Source: Chloroflexota bacterium
GTDB taxonomy: Bacteria; Chloroflexota; Limnocylindria; Limnocylindrales; CSP1-4
NCBI GenBank assembly: GCA_005882635.1
Contig: VBFG01000042.1
Location: 6,578 to 70,577, forward strand
Length of the DNA: 64,000 nucleotides
Reading direction: 5' to 3'
Below are positions 49,433 through 58,157 of the stretch, piece after piece. The position numbers were made by a program, and so were the translations under genes. The notes under the pieces are model-generated. The model saw only the letters and a list, made by a program, of their open reading frames with translations, searched no databases and had not been told where the DNA came from. How positions within the stretch are numbered: position 1 is the first letter of the stretch; each line of letters starts with the position of its first letter.

Positions 49433-50143
49433 ATGTACGCAGTCATCGAGACCGGCGGGAAGCAGTACCGCGTCGAGGTCGGGACCGAGCTCGAGGTCGA
49501 GCTGCTCGAGGCCGCTCCCGGCGACTCGATCACGCTCGATCGCGTGCTGCTCGTCGCCGACGGTGACGAGTCCGCGATCGGCCGGCCGGTCGTCGCCGAC
49601 GCCGCCGTCGAGGCGGAGGTCGTTCGCCGGGATCGGGCCGACAAGGTCATCTCGTTCAAGTACCGCCCGAAGGCTCGACGCCGGGTCAAGAAGGGCCACC
49701 GCCAGGACGTGATGGTCCTTCGGATCACCGACGTCAAGCTCAACGGGAAGAGCGCCGCGGAAGCGAAGCGCAAGGCCGACGCCGCTGCGAAGACCGAGCG
49801 TCAGCGGCTCGAGGAGGCGGCCGCACGGCAGGCCGCCGAGGACGCCGCGCTCGCCGAGAAGCTCGCCAAGGCAGCGGCTGCGAAGGCGCCGGCGAAGACG
49901 AGCGCGAAGCCCGCCAAGGCCGAGGCCAAGCCGGCGGCGAAGTCGACCGCCGCGAAGTCGACCGCCGCGAAGTCGACCACGGCGAAGTCGACGGCTGCGA
50001 AATCGACGGCGGCGAAGTCGACCGGCAAGGCCGCCCCGGGCAAGGCCGAGCCCAGGACCCCCCGGGCCAAGACCCAGAGCGGCGCCGCCGACGCAAAGCC
50101 GGCCGCCAAGCCGAAGCCGCGCGACACGAAGAAGGACGAGTAG
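49433..50143 (+). CDS. rplU: 50S ribosomal protein L21 with ~130-aa Ala/Lys/Pro-rich C-terminal extension
   Basis: [17 protein letters not shown]...[21 protein letters not shown] is the canonical L21 core (~103 aa). It is followed by a KA/AKP-rich tail including (AAKST)x6. Confidence 0.92.
   Translation: MYAVIETGGKQYRVEVGTELEVELLEAAPGDSITLDRVLLVADGDESAIGRPVVADAAVEAEVVRRDRADKVISFKYRPKARRRVKKGHRQDVMVLRITDVKLNGKSAAEAKRKADAAAKTERQRLEEAAARQAAEDAALAEKLAKAAAAKAPAKTSAKPAKAEAKPAAKSTAAKSTAAKSTTAKSTAAKSTAAKSTGKAAPGKAEPRTPRAKTQSGAADAKPAAKPKPRDTKKDE
49937..50026 (+). repeat. six tandem 15-bp units (gcgaagtcgaccgcc consensus) inside the rplU tail
   Basis: Units start at 49937, 49952, 49967, 49982, 49997 and 50012 with 0-3 substitutions each, encoding AKSTA repeats. 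Confidence 0.9.
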
Positions 50144-50148
50144 ACCCG

Positions 50149-50442
50149 ATGGCCCACAAGAAGGCTGGCTCCAGCTCCAAGAACGGCCGCGATTCGGTCG
50201 GCCAGCGGCTGGGCGTGAAGGTCGGCGACGGCCAGCTCGTCCCGGCCGGCTCGATCATCGTCCGGCAGCGGGGGATGACGTTCCTGGCCGGCACCGGTGC
50301 CGGGCTGGGCAGGGATTACACCGTGTTCGCGACGACGACCGGCAAGGTCAAGTTCGAGCACGCGACCAAGAACAAGAAGCGGGTCCGGGTCGAGGCCGTC
50401 GAGGCCGGCACCGCGGAGCCCGTGGCTGCCAAGGCCCCCTAG
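50149..50442 (+). CDS. rpmA: 50S ribosomal protein L27
   Basis: [16 protein letters not shown]...GSIIVRQRG is canonical L27. Confidence 0.95.
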   Translation: MAHKKAGSSSKNGRDSVGQRLGVKVGDGQLVPAGSIIVRQRGMTFLAGTGAGLGRDYTVFATTTGKVKFEHATKNKKRVRVEAVEAGTAEPVAAKAP

Positions 50443-50516
50443 GGCCGGCAGCGCTAGCCGGCGACCACCGGCCGGGCAACGACCCGGTACGGAAGGCGTC
50501 GGAGGAGAGATTTCAC

Positions 50517-50729
50517 GTGAAGCCCGATATTCATCCCAAGTACTACCAGGCACGAGTCCACTGCGGCTCGTGCGGCACCGAGTGGACCGTGGGGTCCACT
50601 CGCGAGGAGCTCCGCATCGACGTCTGCGCGAACTGCCACCCGTTCTTCACCGGCAAGCAGACGATCATCGACACGGCCGGCCAGGTCGAGCGGTTCCAGA
50701 AGCGACTGGAGCGCCAGGTCCGGGCGTAG
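50517..50729 (+). CDS. rpmE: 50S ribosomal protein L31 (Zn-ribbon type A)
   Basis: MKPDIHPKYY...CGSCG...CANCHPFFTGKQ. GTG start preceded by GGAGGAG. Confidence 0.93.
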   Translation: MKPDIHPKYYQARVHCGSCGTEWTVGSTREELRIDVCANCHPFFTGKQTIIDTAGQVERFQKRLERQVRA

Positions 50730-50748
50730 CCGGGGCCCGGCGTCAGCC

Positions 50749-50981
50749 ATCCGAACGGCGGGTCACCGACCCGCCGTTCTCGATTCTCGCCCCACGACCG
50801 TATCCGACCTGTTCGAGCGGCCGGGAGGGCCTCGACCGGCTGATTCTCGCGGAATCTGCACAGGTTCTCGCCCCACGAACAAACCGTCGCGTTCGGGGCG
50901 CAGCTCGTCGCATACGCTCGCCCCACGAGAATCCCGGCGGTTTCCTTCGAGGGTGAACCGGTTCGCCGAGGCGGTGACCAC
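50749..50981 (+). repeat. intergenic repeat element, copy B (three CTCGCCCCACGA sub-repeats), paralogous to 32313-32552
   Basis: Cores at 50786-50798, 50867-50879 and 50917-50929, spaced 81 and 50 nt. It shares the ATCCGAACGG 5' end, the CGTAT/ATACG flanks and the TTCGCCGAgGCGGTGA 3' block with copy A. Confidence 0.8.
50753..50779 (+). terminator. hairpin after rpmE (11-bp perfect stem GAACGGCGGGT/ACCCGCCGTTC, 5-nt loop)
   Basis: Starts 24 nt after the rpmE stop. It is followed by tctcgattctc (weak U-tract) and forms the 5' part of repeat element copy B. Confidence 0.5.
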
Positions 50982-51016
50982 CGCGAGGACGCCACACATC
51001 CCGTAGGATCGACGGC

Positions 51017-51802
51017 GTGACGACGGCGATCGGCCTCGACGACACGCCGGCATCAAGCACCGCCGCTTCGGCGACCCTCTGGCAGGGCGACAGTCGCGAG
51101 CTCCTGGCCCGCCTCCCGGACTCGAGCGTCGACCTGATCTGCACCGACCCGCCGTACAACCTCGGGACCTACTCGACCGGCAACATCGAGATGTCCTGGC
51201 GGAAGGCGTTCAACAACGATGTCGCCGCCTGGGATCAGCTCCCCTTCGACCCGGCCGCGTGGCTCACCGAGTTCAGGCGCGTCCTGAAGCCGACGGGCAC
51301 CCTCTTCGCCTTCACGTCGTACAACCTGCTCGGCCGGTGGCACGAGGTGTTCGACCCGGCGTTCGACACGTTCCAGTTCGTCGTCTGGCACAAGACGAAC
51401 CCGCCCCCGAAGCTCCGTCGCGCCGGTTTCCTGAACTCGTGCGAGCTGATCGTCGCCTGCTGGGATGCGGGCCACACCTGGAACTTCACCCGCCAGCGCG
51501 ACATGCACAACTTCATCGAGGCCCCGATCTGCGCCGGCCGAGAACGGGTCAAGGACCCCGTCCACCCGACGCAGAAGCCGCTGCGCGTCCTGCGCCAGCT
51601 GATCGAATGGGGCTCCAGACCGGGCGACGTCGTGCTCGACCCATTCATGGGTGTCGGCTCGACGGGCGTGGCCGCGCTGGAGCTCGGCCGGCGGTTCGTC
51701 GGGATCGAGCTGGAGCCCGCCTACGCCGACGCGTCCCGGCGGCGGCTGGCCGCGATGGACTTCGCCGGCGAGGGAGCCGGTCCGTTCGGCGACGCAGGCT
51801 AG
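51017..51802 (+). CDS. orphan beta-class DNA methyltransferase (N6_N4_Mtase family, DPPY motif then FxGxG)
   Basis: Motif IV TDPPYN precedes motif I DPFMGVGSTG (beta-class order). Also WHKTNPPP and HPTQKP. No nuclease or specificity gene is adjacent. The GTG start lies 7 nt after a TAGGAT -10-like hexamer, so the transcript may be leaderless. Confidence 0.85.
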   Translation: MTTAIGLDDTPASSTAASATLWQGDSRELLARLPDSSVDLICTDPPYNLGTYSTGNIEMSWRKAFNNDVAAWDQLPFDPAAWLTEFRRVLKPTGTLFAFTSYNLLGRWHEVFDPAFDTFQFVVWHKTNPPPKLRRAGFLNSCELIVACWDAGHTWNFTRQRDMHNFIEAPICAGRERVKDPVHPTQKPLRVLRQLIEWGSRPGDVVLDPFMGVGSTGVAALELGRRFVGIELEPAYADASRRRLAAMDFAGEGAGPFGDAG

Positions 51803-51811
51803 ACTTTCCGA

Positions 51812-52816
51812 ATGCCTCGCTACTCGTACGGCGGTCAGGCCCTGATCGAGGGCGTCCTGATGCGCGGCCGCGATGCCATCGCCATCGCGGTGCGCCACCC
51901 GGACGGTCGGATCGTGTGGGCCACGGAGCGGCTCGACAGCGGCGTCCACGGGACCCGCTGGTCCAGGCTGCCCCTCATCCGCGGGCTCGTGGTCCTGTAC
52001 GAGACCTTGTTCGTCGGGACCCGCTGGCTCGTCCGGAGCGCCTCGATCCAGGCCGCCGGCACCGGCGAGGAAGGCGACGAGGGCGTCGAGCTCGGCAAGA
52101 CGTCGATCGCCCTGATGCTCGGACTGACGCTGCTGTTCGGGATCGGGATCTTCTTCCTCCTGCCGCTCCTGATCGCGAGCGCGACCACCGCGAACATCCA
52201 GAACGGGCTGGTCCAGCACCTCGTCGAGGGCCTGATCCGGGTCGCGATCTTCCTTGGCTACCTCCTGCTGATCGCGCGGGCGGAGGATGTCCGGCGCGTG
52301 TTCCAGTACCACGGCGCGGAGCACATGACGATCCACGCCCTCGAGGCCGGCGATCCGCTCGTCGTGAACGAGGTGCGCAAGTACCCGACCGCGCATCCGC
52401 GCTGCGGGACCGAGTTCCTCGTCGTCGTGATCGCCCTGTCGATCATCGCCTTCAGCCTCGTCGGCCGGCAGGACCCGGCGGTGATGATCGGTAGCCGCAT
52501 CGCGCTGATCCCGGTCATCGCCGCGGTCGGCTACGAGCTGCTGAAGTGGGGCGCCAAGCACCGCTCGAACCCGATCGTCCGCGCGATCATGTATCCCGGG
52601 ATCCTCGTTCAGATGATCACGACCCGGCAGCCCAGCCCCGACATGATCGAGGTCGCCATCGTCTCGATGGAGCAGGCGCTCAGCGCCGACGGCGAGGCCC
52701 TGCCGGCCGGCTCCGGCGCGCTGGCGCGCGACGCTCTGATCCTGCCGGGCTCGCGCGCTGACGTCGGCGAGACGGCGGCACCGGTGACGATCGACCCGCC
52801 GCTGCCGGGAGCATGA
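51812..52816 (+). CDS. DUF1385-family membrane protein (commonly found with prfA/prmC)
   Basis: YGGQALIEGVLMRG..., FQYHGAEHMTIHALE, HPRCGTEFL, with several TM helices. Confidence 0.85.
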   Translation: MPRYSYGGQALIEGVLMRGRDAIAIAVRHPDGRIVWATERLDSGVHGTRWSRLPLIRGLVVLYETLFVGTRWLVRSASIQAAGTGEEGDEGVELGKTSIALMLGLTLLFGIGIFFLLPLLIASATTANIQNGLVQHLVEGLIRVAIFLGYLLLIARAEDVRRVFQYHGAEHMTIHALEAGDPLVVNEVRKYPTAHPRCGTEFLVVVIALSIIAFSLVGRQDPAVMIGSRIALIPVIAAVGYELLKWGAKHRSNPIVRAIMYPGILVQMITTRQPSPDMIEVAIVSMEQALSADGEALPAGSGALARDALILPGSRADVGETAAPVTIDPPLPGA

Positions 52817-53937
52817 GCGGCGACGGAGACCGGACCGGGCTCGACGCCCGCCTGGCGGAGGTCGCCGCCCAGTACGACACCCTCCAGGCGCAGCTGGCGA
52901 CCCCGGAGGTCACGAGCGATCCGGACGCGATCCGCCGGCTCGGCCAGGAGCTGGCCCGCCTCGAGCCGGTCGCGGGGGCCTTCCGGGCACTCCAATCGAC
53001 CCGGGCCGAGCTCGCCGGCGCACGCGAGCTGCGCGACTCCGGCGATGGCGACCCGGAGTTGCGGGCGATGGCCGCGGATGAGGTCGACCGGCTGACGGGG
53101 GAGGAGCAGCGCCTGCTCGACGAGCTCAAGGTGCTGCTCCTTCCGCGCGATCCGAACGACGATCGCGACGTCATCCTGGAGATCCGGGCCGGCGCCGGCG
53201 GCGAGGAGGCGGCGCTGTTCGCGGCGGAGCTGTACCGGATGTACGTCCGTTACGCCGAGCGACACCGGTTCAAGCCGGAGCTGCTGAGCCTGAACGAGAC
53301 CGGGATCGGCGGGGTCAAGGAGGCGATCGTCCAGGTCCACGGCGACGGGGCGTACAGCCGGCTGAAGTTCGAGAGCGGCGTCCACCGCGTCCAGCGAATC
53401 CCCGCGACGGAGTCGTCCGGCCGCATCCACACCTCGACCGCGACGGTCGTCGTGATGCCCGAGGCCGATGACGTCGCGATCGACATCGACGAGGACAAGG
53501 ACCTCCGGATCGAGGTCAAGCGCTCGTCGGGGCCGGGCGGTCAGTCCGTGAACACGACCGACTCCGCGGTCCGCATCACCCACATCCCGACGGGCCTCGT
53601 CGTGGAGATCCAGGACGAGAAGAGCCAGCACAAGAACAAGGCGAAGGCGCTGTCGGTCCTCCGCTCCCGCCTCTACGAGCGCGAGCTCGAGAAGCAGCGC
53701 GAGGCCGACTCGGTCGCCCGGCGGCTAATGGTCGGCGCCGGCGACCGGTCGGACAAGATCCGGACCTACAACTTTCCGCAGGATCGAGTGACCGATCACC
53801 GGATCGGGCTCGACCTGTCGGCGCTCCCGAGAGTCATGGACGGCGAGATCGACCGCCTGATCGACGCCCTGGTCATGGCCGACCAGGCCGAGCGGCTCGC
53901 CGCGGTCAGCGGAGGTCACAATGGCAAAGTCGGCTGA
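52813..53937 (+). CDS. prfA: peptide chain release factor 1
   Basis: PAT tripeptide (IPATESSGRIHTSTATV) and GGQ (SSGPGGQSVNTTDSAVRITHIPTG). Confidence 0.95.
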   Translation: MSGDGDRTGLDARLAEVAAQYDTLQAQLATPEVTSDPDAIRRLGQELARLEPVAGAFRALQSTRAELAGARELRDSGDGDPELRAMAADEVDRLTGEEQRLLDELKVLLLPRDPNDDRDVILEIRAGAGGEEAALFAAELYRMYVRYAERHRFKPELLSLNETGIGGVKEAIVQVHGDGAYSRLKFESGVHRVQRIPATESSGRIHTSTATVVVMPEADDVAIDIDEDKDLRIEVKRSSGPGGQSVNTTDSAVRITHIPTGLVVEIQDEKSQHKNKAKALSVLRSRLYERELEKQREADSVARRLMVGAGDRSDKIRTYNFPQDRVTDHRIGLDLSALPRVMDGEIDRLIDALVMADQAERLAAVSGGHNGKVG

Positions 53938-56293
53938 GGCACCCCGAGCGCTGGGCCCGCGTGCGATCCGGGCGAAGTCCACGGACGGCGGTGTCGCCTT
54001 CGTCGAGCCCCGCGTCGTGCCGATCCAGAAGGCGACCGACCTCGGCAGCGTCCAGGTCCTGAAGCACGGCAACCTCTACCTGCTGACGGACCCGTTCGGC
54101 GACATCCACCCGGACTCGCGTGGGCTCGGGCTGTACCTGTCGGACACCCGGCTCCTGTCGTGCTGCTCGCTCCGGGTCGGCGGAACTCGGCCCGTCCTCC
54201 TCCAGGGCTCGATGGGAGCGAACTATCGGGGATCGATCCAGCTGACGAACCCGAGCGCGGATCGCAACCCCGACGCGAAGGTCCACCCCGACGAGCAGAC
54301 CGTCGTCGGGCGGACCCTCGGGATCGCCCGCGATCGCCTCATCGGGGTGGGTGGGATGGAGGAGCGGGTCCGGATCGTCAATCACGCGGGCAAGGAGCTG
54401 CGCGTGCCGGTCGAGCTGGAGCTCGGCGCGGACGATGCCGACATCTTCGAGGTCCGCGGGTACCCGCGGCCTGAGCGCGGGACGCTGTTACCGGTGGCGG
54501 TCACGCCGAGCCGCGTGACCTTCCGCTACGACGGCCTCGACGGCCGGCGCCGGTCGACCTATGTCGCGTTCTCGGAGCCCGCCCAGGCGTTCGGCCCGAT
54601 CGACACGGGCTCGGACGACCAGACCGCCAGCGGCGGCTCGGTCCGGTTCCGCTGGGACCTCCGGCTCGCACCGGGCGAGCGTCGGGAGCTGCGGTGGACC
54701 ATCTGGCCGGCGATCACCCAGGCGCCGGGCGCATCCACGAGCATTTCGGGCCCCGGCATGACGCCTCCGTCCTCCGCGCCCGGGTCGCCGGCCCGCGATG
54801 GCGCCGTTGCGCTGTTCCCCGAGCCGCCGCGGGTCACGGGCGACGACGGCGCCGGCGCCTACCACGCCTGGGGACGGGGAACGACGTCGATCCAGACGGA
54901 CCACGAGCTGTTCAACCTGACGCTCAACCGGTCGCTGGCCGACCTCCGCCTCCTGATCAACGACGGGCCGGGCGAGGGCCAGCGGTACGTCTCGGCCGGC
55001 GTGCCCTGGTTCGCGACCCTGTTCGGACGCGACGCGATCATCGCCTCGTTCCAGTCGCTCGCATTCCGCCCCCAGATCGCGATGGAGACGCTCGACGTGC
55101 TCGCCGCCTACCAGGCGACGAAGGTCGACGATTGGCGCGACGCCGAGCCGGGCAAGATCCTCCACGAGCTCCGGACCGGGGAGATGGCAGGCGCCGGGGA
55201 GCTGCCGCACACGCCTTACTACGGCTCGGTCGACTCGACGCCGCTCTGGCTGATCCTGTTCGCGGCGACCTTCGACTGGACCGGGGACCGCGCCTTCCTC
55301 GACCGGCTCTGGCCGAACGCCCTGGCGGCCCTCGAGTGGATCGATCGGTACGGCGATCGCGACGGCGACGGGTTCGTCGAGTACGAGCGGCGGTCCGAGC
55401 GCGGGCTCGTCAACCAGGGTTGGAAGGACTCCGGGGACTCGATCCGGAGCCGGACCGGCGGCTTCCCGACCACGCCGATCGCGCTGGCAGAGGTCCAGGG
55501 CTACGTCTTCGATGCGAAGCGGCGGATGGCCGACCTGGCGGCCATGCGTGACGACGACGAGCTGGCCGGCCGTCTCCGGGCGGAGGCGGATGCGCTCCGC
55601 CGCCGGTTCGAGGAGCGCTTCTGGGTCGAGGACCAGCGGTATTACGCGATGGCTCTCGACGGCGAGAAGCGCCAATGCGACGCGATCGGCTCGAACGCCG
55701 GGCAGTGCCTCTGGTCGGGCCTCCCGAGCCCAGCCCGTGGCCGCGACGTCGCGGATCGCCTCATGAGCCCGATGATGTTCTCGGGCTGGGGCATCCGGAC
55801 GTACGCCTCGGATCAGCCGGGCTTCAACCCCCTCGGCTACCACACCGGCTCCGTCTGGCCGCACGACACGTCGCTCATCGCCGCGGGCCTCAAGCGGTAT
55901 GGCTTCGACGACGAGTCGAACCGACTGGTCGGCCACGTCTTCCAGGCCGCCCAGCACTTCCCGGACTACCGCCTGCCGGAGTTGTTCTGCGGGTTCGACC
56001 GCGACCATTCGGCCCTCCCGGTCCCGTACCCGGTCGCGTGCTCGCCGCAGGCGTGGGCCGCGGGGGCGTCGTTCCTGTTCGTCGAGACGATGCTCGGACT
56101 GCGGGCGAACGCCGGCCAGCAGGAGCTCGAGCTGCGTCACCCGAACCTGCCCGACTGGCTCGGCAAGGTCACCCTGACGAACCTCCGCGTCGGCGATGCC
56201 TCGGTCGACCTCCTGTTCCATCGCTGGCGCGGCACGACGAGCGCGGAGGTCCTCCGGAAGGTCGGCGACCTGTCGGTCACGATCCGGTTGTGA
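53921..56293 (+). CDS. amylo-alpha-1,6-glucosidase / glycogen-debranching-enzyme family protein (GDE N-terminal + GDE_C domains)
   Basis: 790 aa. LKHGNLYLLTDPFGDI, FATLFGRDAIIAS, GKILHELRTGEMA, DSTPLWLIL, GFVEYERRSERGLVNQGWKDS, GWGIRTYAS, YHTGSVWPHD. The annotated start overlaps prfA by 17 nt. Confidence 0.85.
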   Translation: MAKSAEAPRALGPRAIRAKSTDGGVAFVEPRVVPIQKATDLGSVQVLKHGNLYLLTDPFGDIHPDSRGLGLYLSDTRLLSCCSLRVGGTRPVLLQGSMGANYRGSIQLTNPSADRNPDAKVHPDEQTVVGRTLGIARDRLIGVGGMEERVRIVNHAGKELRVPVELELGADDADIFEVRGYPRPERGTLLPVAVTPSRVTFRYDGLDGRRRSTYVAFSEPAQAFGPIDTGSDDQTASGGSVRFRWDLRLAPGERRELRWTIWPAITQAPGASTSISGPGMTPPSSAPGSPARDGAVALFPEPPRVTGDDGAGAYHAWGRGTTSIQTDHELFNLTLNRSLADLRLLINDGPGEGQRYVSAGVPWFATLFGRDAIIASFQSLAFRPQIAMETLDVLAAYQATKVDDWRDAEPGKILHELRTGEMAGAGELPHTPYYGSVDSTPLWLILFAATFDWTGDRAFLDRLWPNALAALEWIDRYGDRDGDGFVEYERRSERGLVNQGWKDSGDSIRSRTGGFPTTPIALAEVQGYVFDAKRRMADLAAMRDDDELAGRLRAEADALRRRFEERFWVEDQRYYAMALDGEKRQCDAIGSNAGQCLWSGLPSPARGRDVADRLMSPMMFSGWGIRTYASDQPGFNPLGYHTGSVWPHDTSLIAAGLKRYGFDDESNRLVGHVFQAAQHFPDYRLPELFCGFDRDHSALPVPYPVACSPQAWAAGASFLFVETMLGLRANAGQQELELRHPNLPDWLGKVTLTNLRVGDASVDLLFHRWRGTTSAEVLRKVGDLSVTIRL

Positions 56294-57222
56294 CGGCGAC
56301 GATCGGCGAATCGCTGGCCGGCGCGACCGAGCGGTTGCGGGCCGCCGGCTCCGAGACCGCGCGCCTCGACGCGGAGCTGCTCCTCGGTTGGGCGGTGGGC
56401 GCCGATCGGACGGCAATCGTCGCCCACCCGGACGCGCCGGTCGGGGCCGACGCCGCCGGCCGGTTCGAGGACGCCATCCGGCGGCGAGAGGCGGGCGAGC
56501 CCGTGGCCTACATCCGCGGCCTCAAGGAGTTCCACGGCTTGGCGTTCTCGGTCGATCCGCGGGCGCTCATCCCGCGGCCCGAGACCGAGACGCTCGTCGA
56601 CATCGCGATCGGCGAGGTGATGGCGCGCCTTTCCGATCGGCCGTACGAGGCGGGCGGCGGCCCGGGCGGGGGCGGCGACCCCATCCGGATCGCCGACGTC
56701 GGGACCGGCAGCGGCGCAATCGCCGTTGCGATCGCCGTCGCCCTGCGACACCGCAGCGTGACGATGGGCCGGCACGTGACGATCCTCGCGACCGAGCGCT
56801 CGCCCGAGGCGCTCCAGCTGGCCCGCGAGAACGCGGTCGCCCACGCGGCCGCCGACGGGATGCGATTCGTCGAGGCCGATCTCTTCCCGCCGGTCCTGCC
56901 CGATGACGGCGCGCCCCTCGACATCGTCCTCGCGAACCTCCCGTATGTCCGCTCCGACGCGATCCCGGGGCTCCCGATCGCCGCGTCGTTCGAGCCGCGG
57001 GCGGCGCTCGACGGTGGCGCCGACGGCCTCGACGAAATCCGGGCGCTGCTTGCCCGCCTGCCGGACGTCCTCGCCGAGGGCGGCGTCGCGTTCGTCGAGA
57101 TCGGTGCCGATCAGGGGGAAGCAGGGCCGCTGGCCGTCGCCGAGATCCTGCCCGGCTGGCACGCCGACGTCTCGACCGATCTCGGCGGCCTGCCCCGCGT
57201 GCTGCGGATCGAGCGTGGCTGA
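56290..57222 (+). CDS. prmC: release factor glutamine N5-methyltransferase PrmC/HemK (motif IV reads NLPY)
   Basis: Real part of track ORF 55675..57222. Its GTG overlaps the upstream TGA (GTGA). Contains ARLDAELLL, GEPVAYIRG...F, LIPRPETE, SAM motif DVGTGSGAIA and catalytic motif VLANLPYV. Confidence 0.88.
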   Translation: MTATIGESLAGATERLRAAGSETARLDAELLLGWAVGADRTAIVAHPDAPVGADAAGRFEDAIRRREAGEPVAYIRGLKEFHGLAFSVDPRALIPRPETETLVDIAIGEVMARLSDRPYEAGGGPGGGGDPIRIADVGTGSGAIAVAIAVALRHRSVTMGRHVTILATERSPEALQLARENAVAHAAADGMRFVEADLFPPVLPDDGAPLDIVLANLPYVRSDAIPGLPIAASFEPRAALDGGADGLDEIRALLARLPDVLAEGGVAFVEIGADQGEAGPLAVAEILPGWHADVSTDLGGLPRVLRIERG

Positions 57223-57235
57223 CGGACAGGGAGAC

Positions 57236-58141
57236 GTGTCGCGGCGGCCGGCGCCGGCCCTTCCGATCGGCCTGATCGCCCTCGACATCGACGGCACGCT
57301 GATCGGCGAGGATCTCCTCCTCCGCGATCGAACCGTCGCCGCGGTCCGGGCCGCGCACCACCGTGGCGTGTCCGTCTCGCTCGTGACCGGACGGATGTCG
57401 ACCAGTGCGATCGCCTTCGCCAGGGAGCTCGGGCTGAGCGACCCGATCGTCGCCTACCAGGGCGCCCTGATCCGGGAACTCCCGCCCGAAGGCGACGATC
57501 GCCTCGGACGGCTGCTGCACCATCGCCCCCTGGCGGCCGAAACGGCCCGGGAGGTCGTCACCTGGGCAACGGCGGCCGGGCTCGAGCCGCACGTCAACCA
57601 CCTCGAGCGGTTCGTCATCCGCGCCGACGACCCGCGGGCCGAGGACTACTCGTCGTTCCTCGGGTCGCGAGCGGAGATCGTCCCCGATCTCAATGCCTGG
57701 CTCCGCCACCCGGTATCGAAGCTCCTTGCCGTCGCCGTCGACCCGATCGACGACGCAGGCCTTGTCGATCTTCGCCGCCAGTTCGCCGGGCGTGCCGAGG
57801 TCACGATCAGCCATCCTCGCTTCCTCGAGTTCCTCGCCCCCGGCGTCTCCAAGGCGGACGGCGTGCGCCGCCTCGCCCGACGCGCGCGGGTCCCGATGGG
57901 GAGCGTCCTGGCGATCGGTGACAACTACAACGACCTCGAGATGCTCGCGGCTGTTGGGCACGGGGCCGCCATGCCGTCGGCGCCGCGCCCGGTCCGAGCC
58001 GCGGCTCGCTACGTCGCGCCGCCGCTCTCCGAGGAGGGCGCCGCGCAGCTCATCGAACGGCTCGTGCTGGCGTCACCGGCGTCGGCGGCGCGCCACGCCG
58101 CGGGTCTCGCCGCCGAGCGCGACGCCGCGCTCGTCGCCTGA
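57236..58141 (+). CDS. Cof-type HAD-IIB family hydrolase
   Basis: GTG 57236 lies after GGGAG. Motif I IALDIDGTL, motif II SLVTGR, motif III/IV GVSKADG...AIGDNYNDLEML. Confidence 0.8.
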   Translation: MSRRPAPALPIGLIALDIDGTLIGEDLLLRDRTVAAVRAAHHRGVSVSLVTGRMSTSAIAFARELGLSDPIVAYQGALIRELPPEGDDRLGRLLHHRPLAAETAREVVTWATAAGLEPHVNHLERFVIRADDPRAEDYSSFLGSRAEIVPDLNAWLRHPVSKLLAVAVDPIDDAGLVDLRRQFAGRAEVTISHPRFLEFLAPGVSKADGVRRLARRARVPMGSVLAIGDNYNDLEMLAAVGHGAAMPSAPRPVRAAARYVAPPLSEEGAAQLIERLVLASPASAARHAAGLAAERDAALVA

Positions 58142-58157
58142 CCGGACCTGGCGTCGC

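Noticed and set aside
49937-50026. Tandem short repeats (rplU tail here, the PT linker at 62081-62152, the khpB duplication at 9804-9863) as possible CRISPR or VNTR loci.
   Set aside because: The units are 6-30 bp and contiguous without spacers. They are in frame inside CDSs and encode low-complexity protein linkers. They are not CRISPR arrays.
51017-51802. The methyltransferase as part of a restriction-modification or other defence system.
   Set aside because: No endonuclease, specificity subunit, helicase or other defence gene is adjacent. Both flanks are conserved translation genes. It is treated as an orphan methyltransferase.
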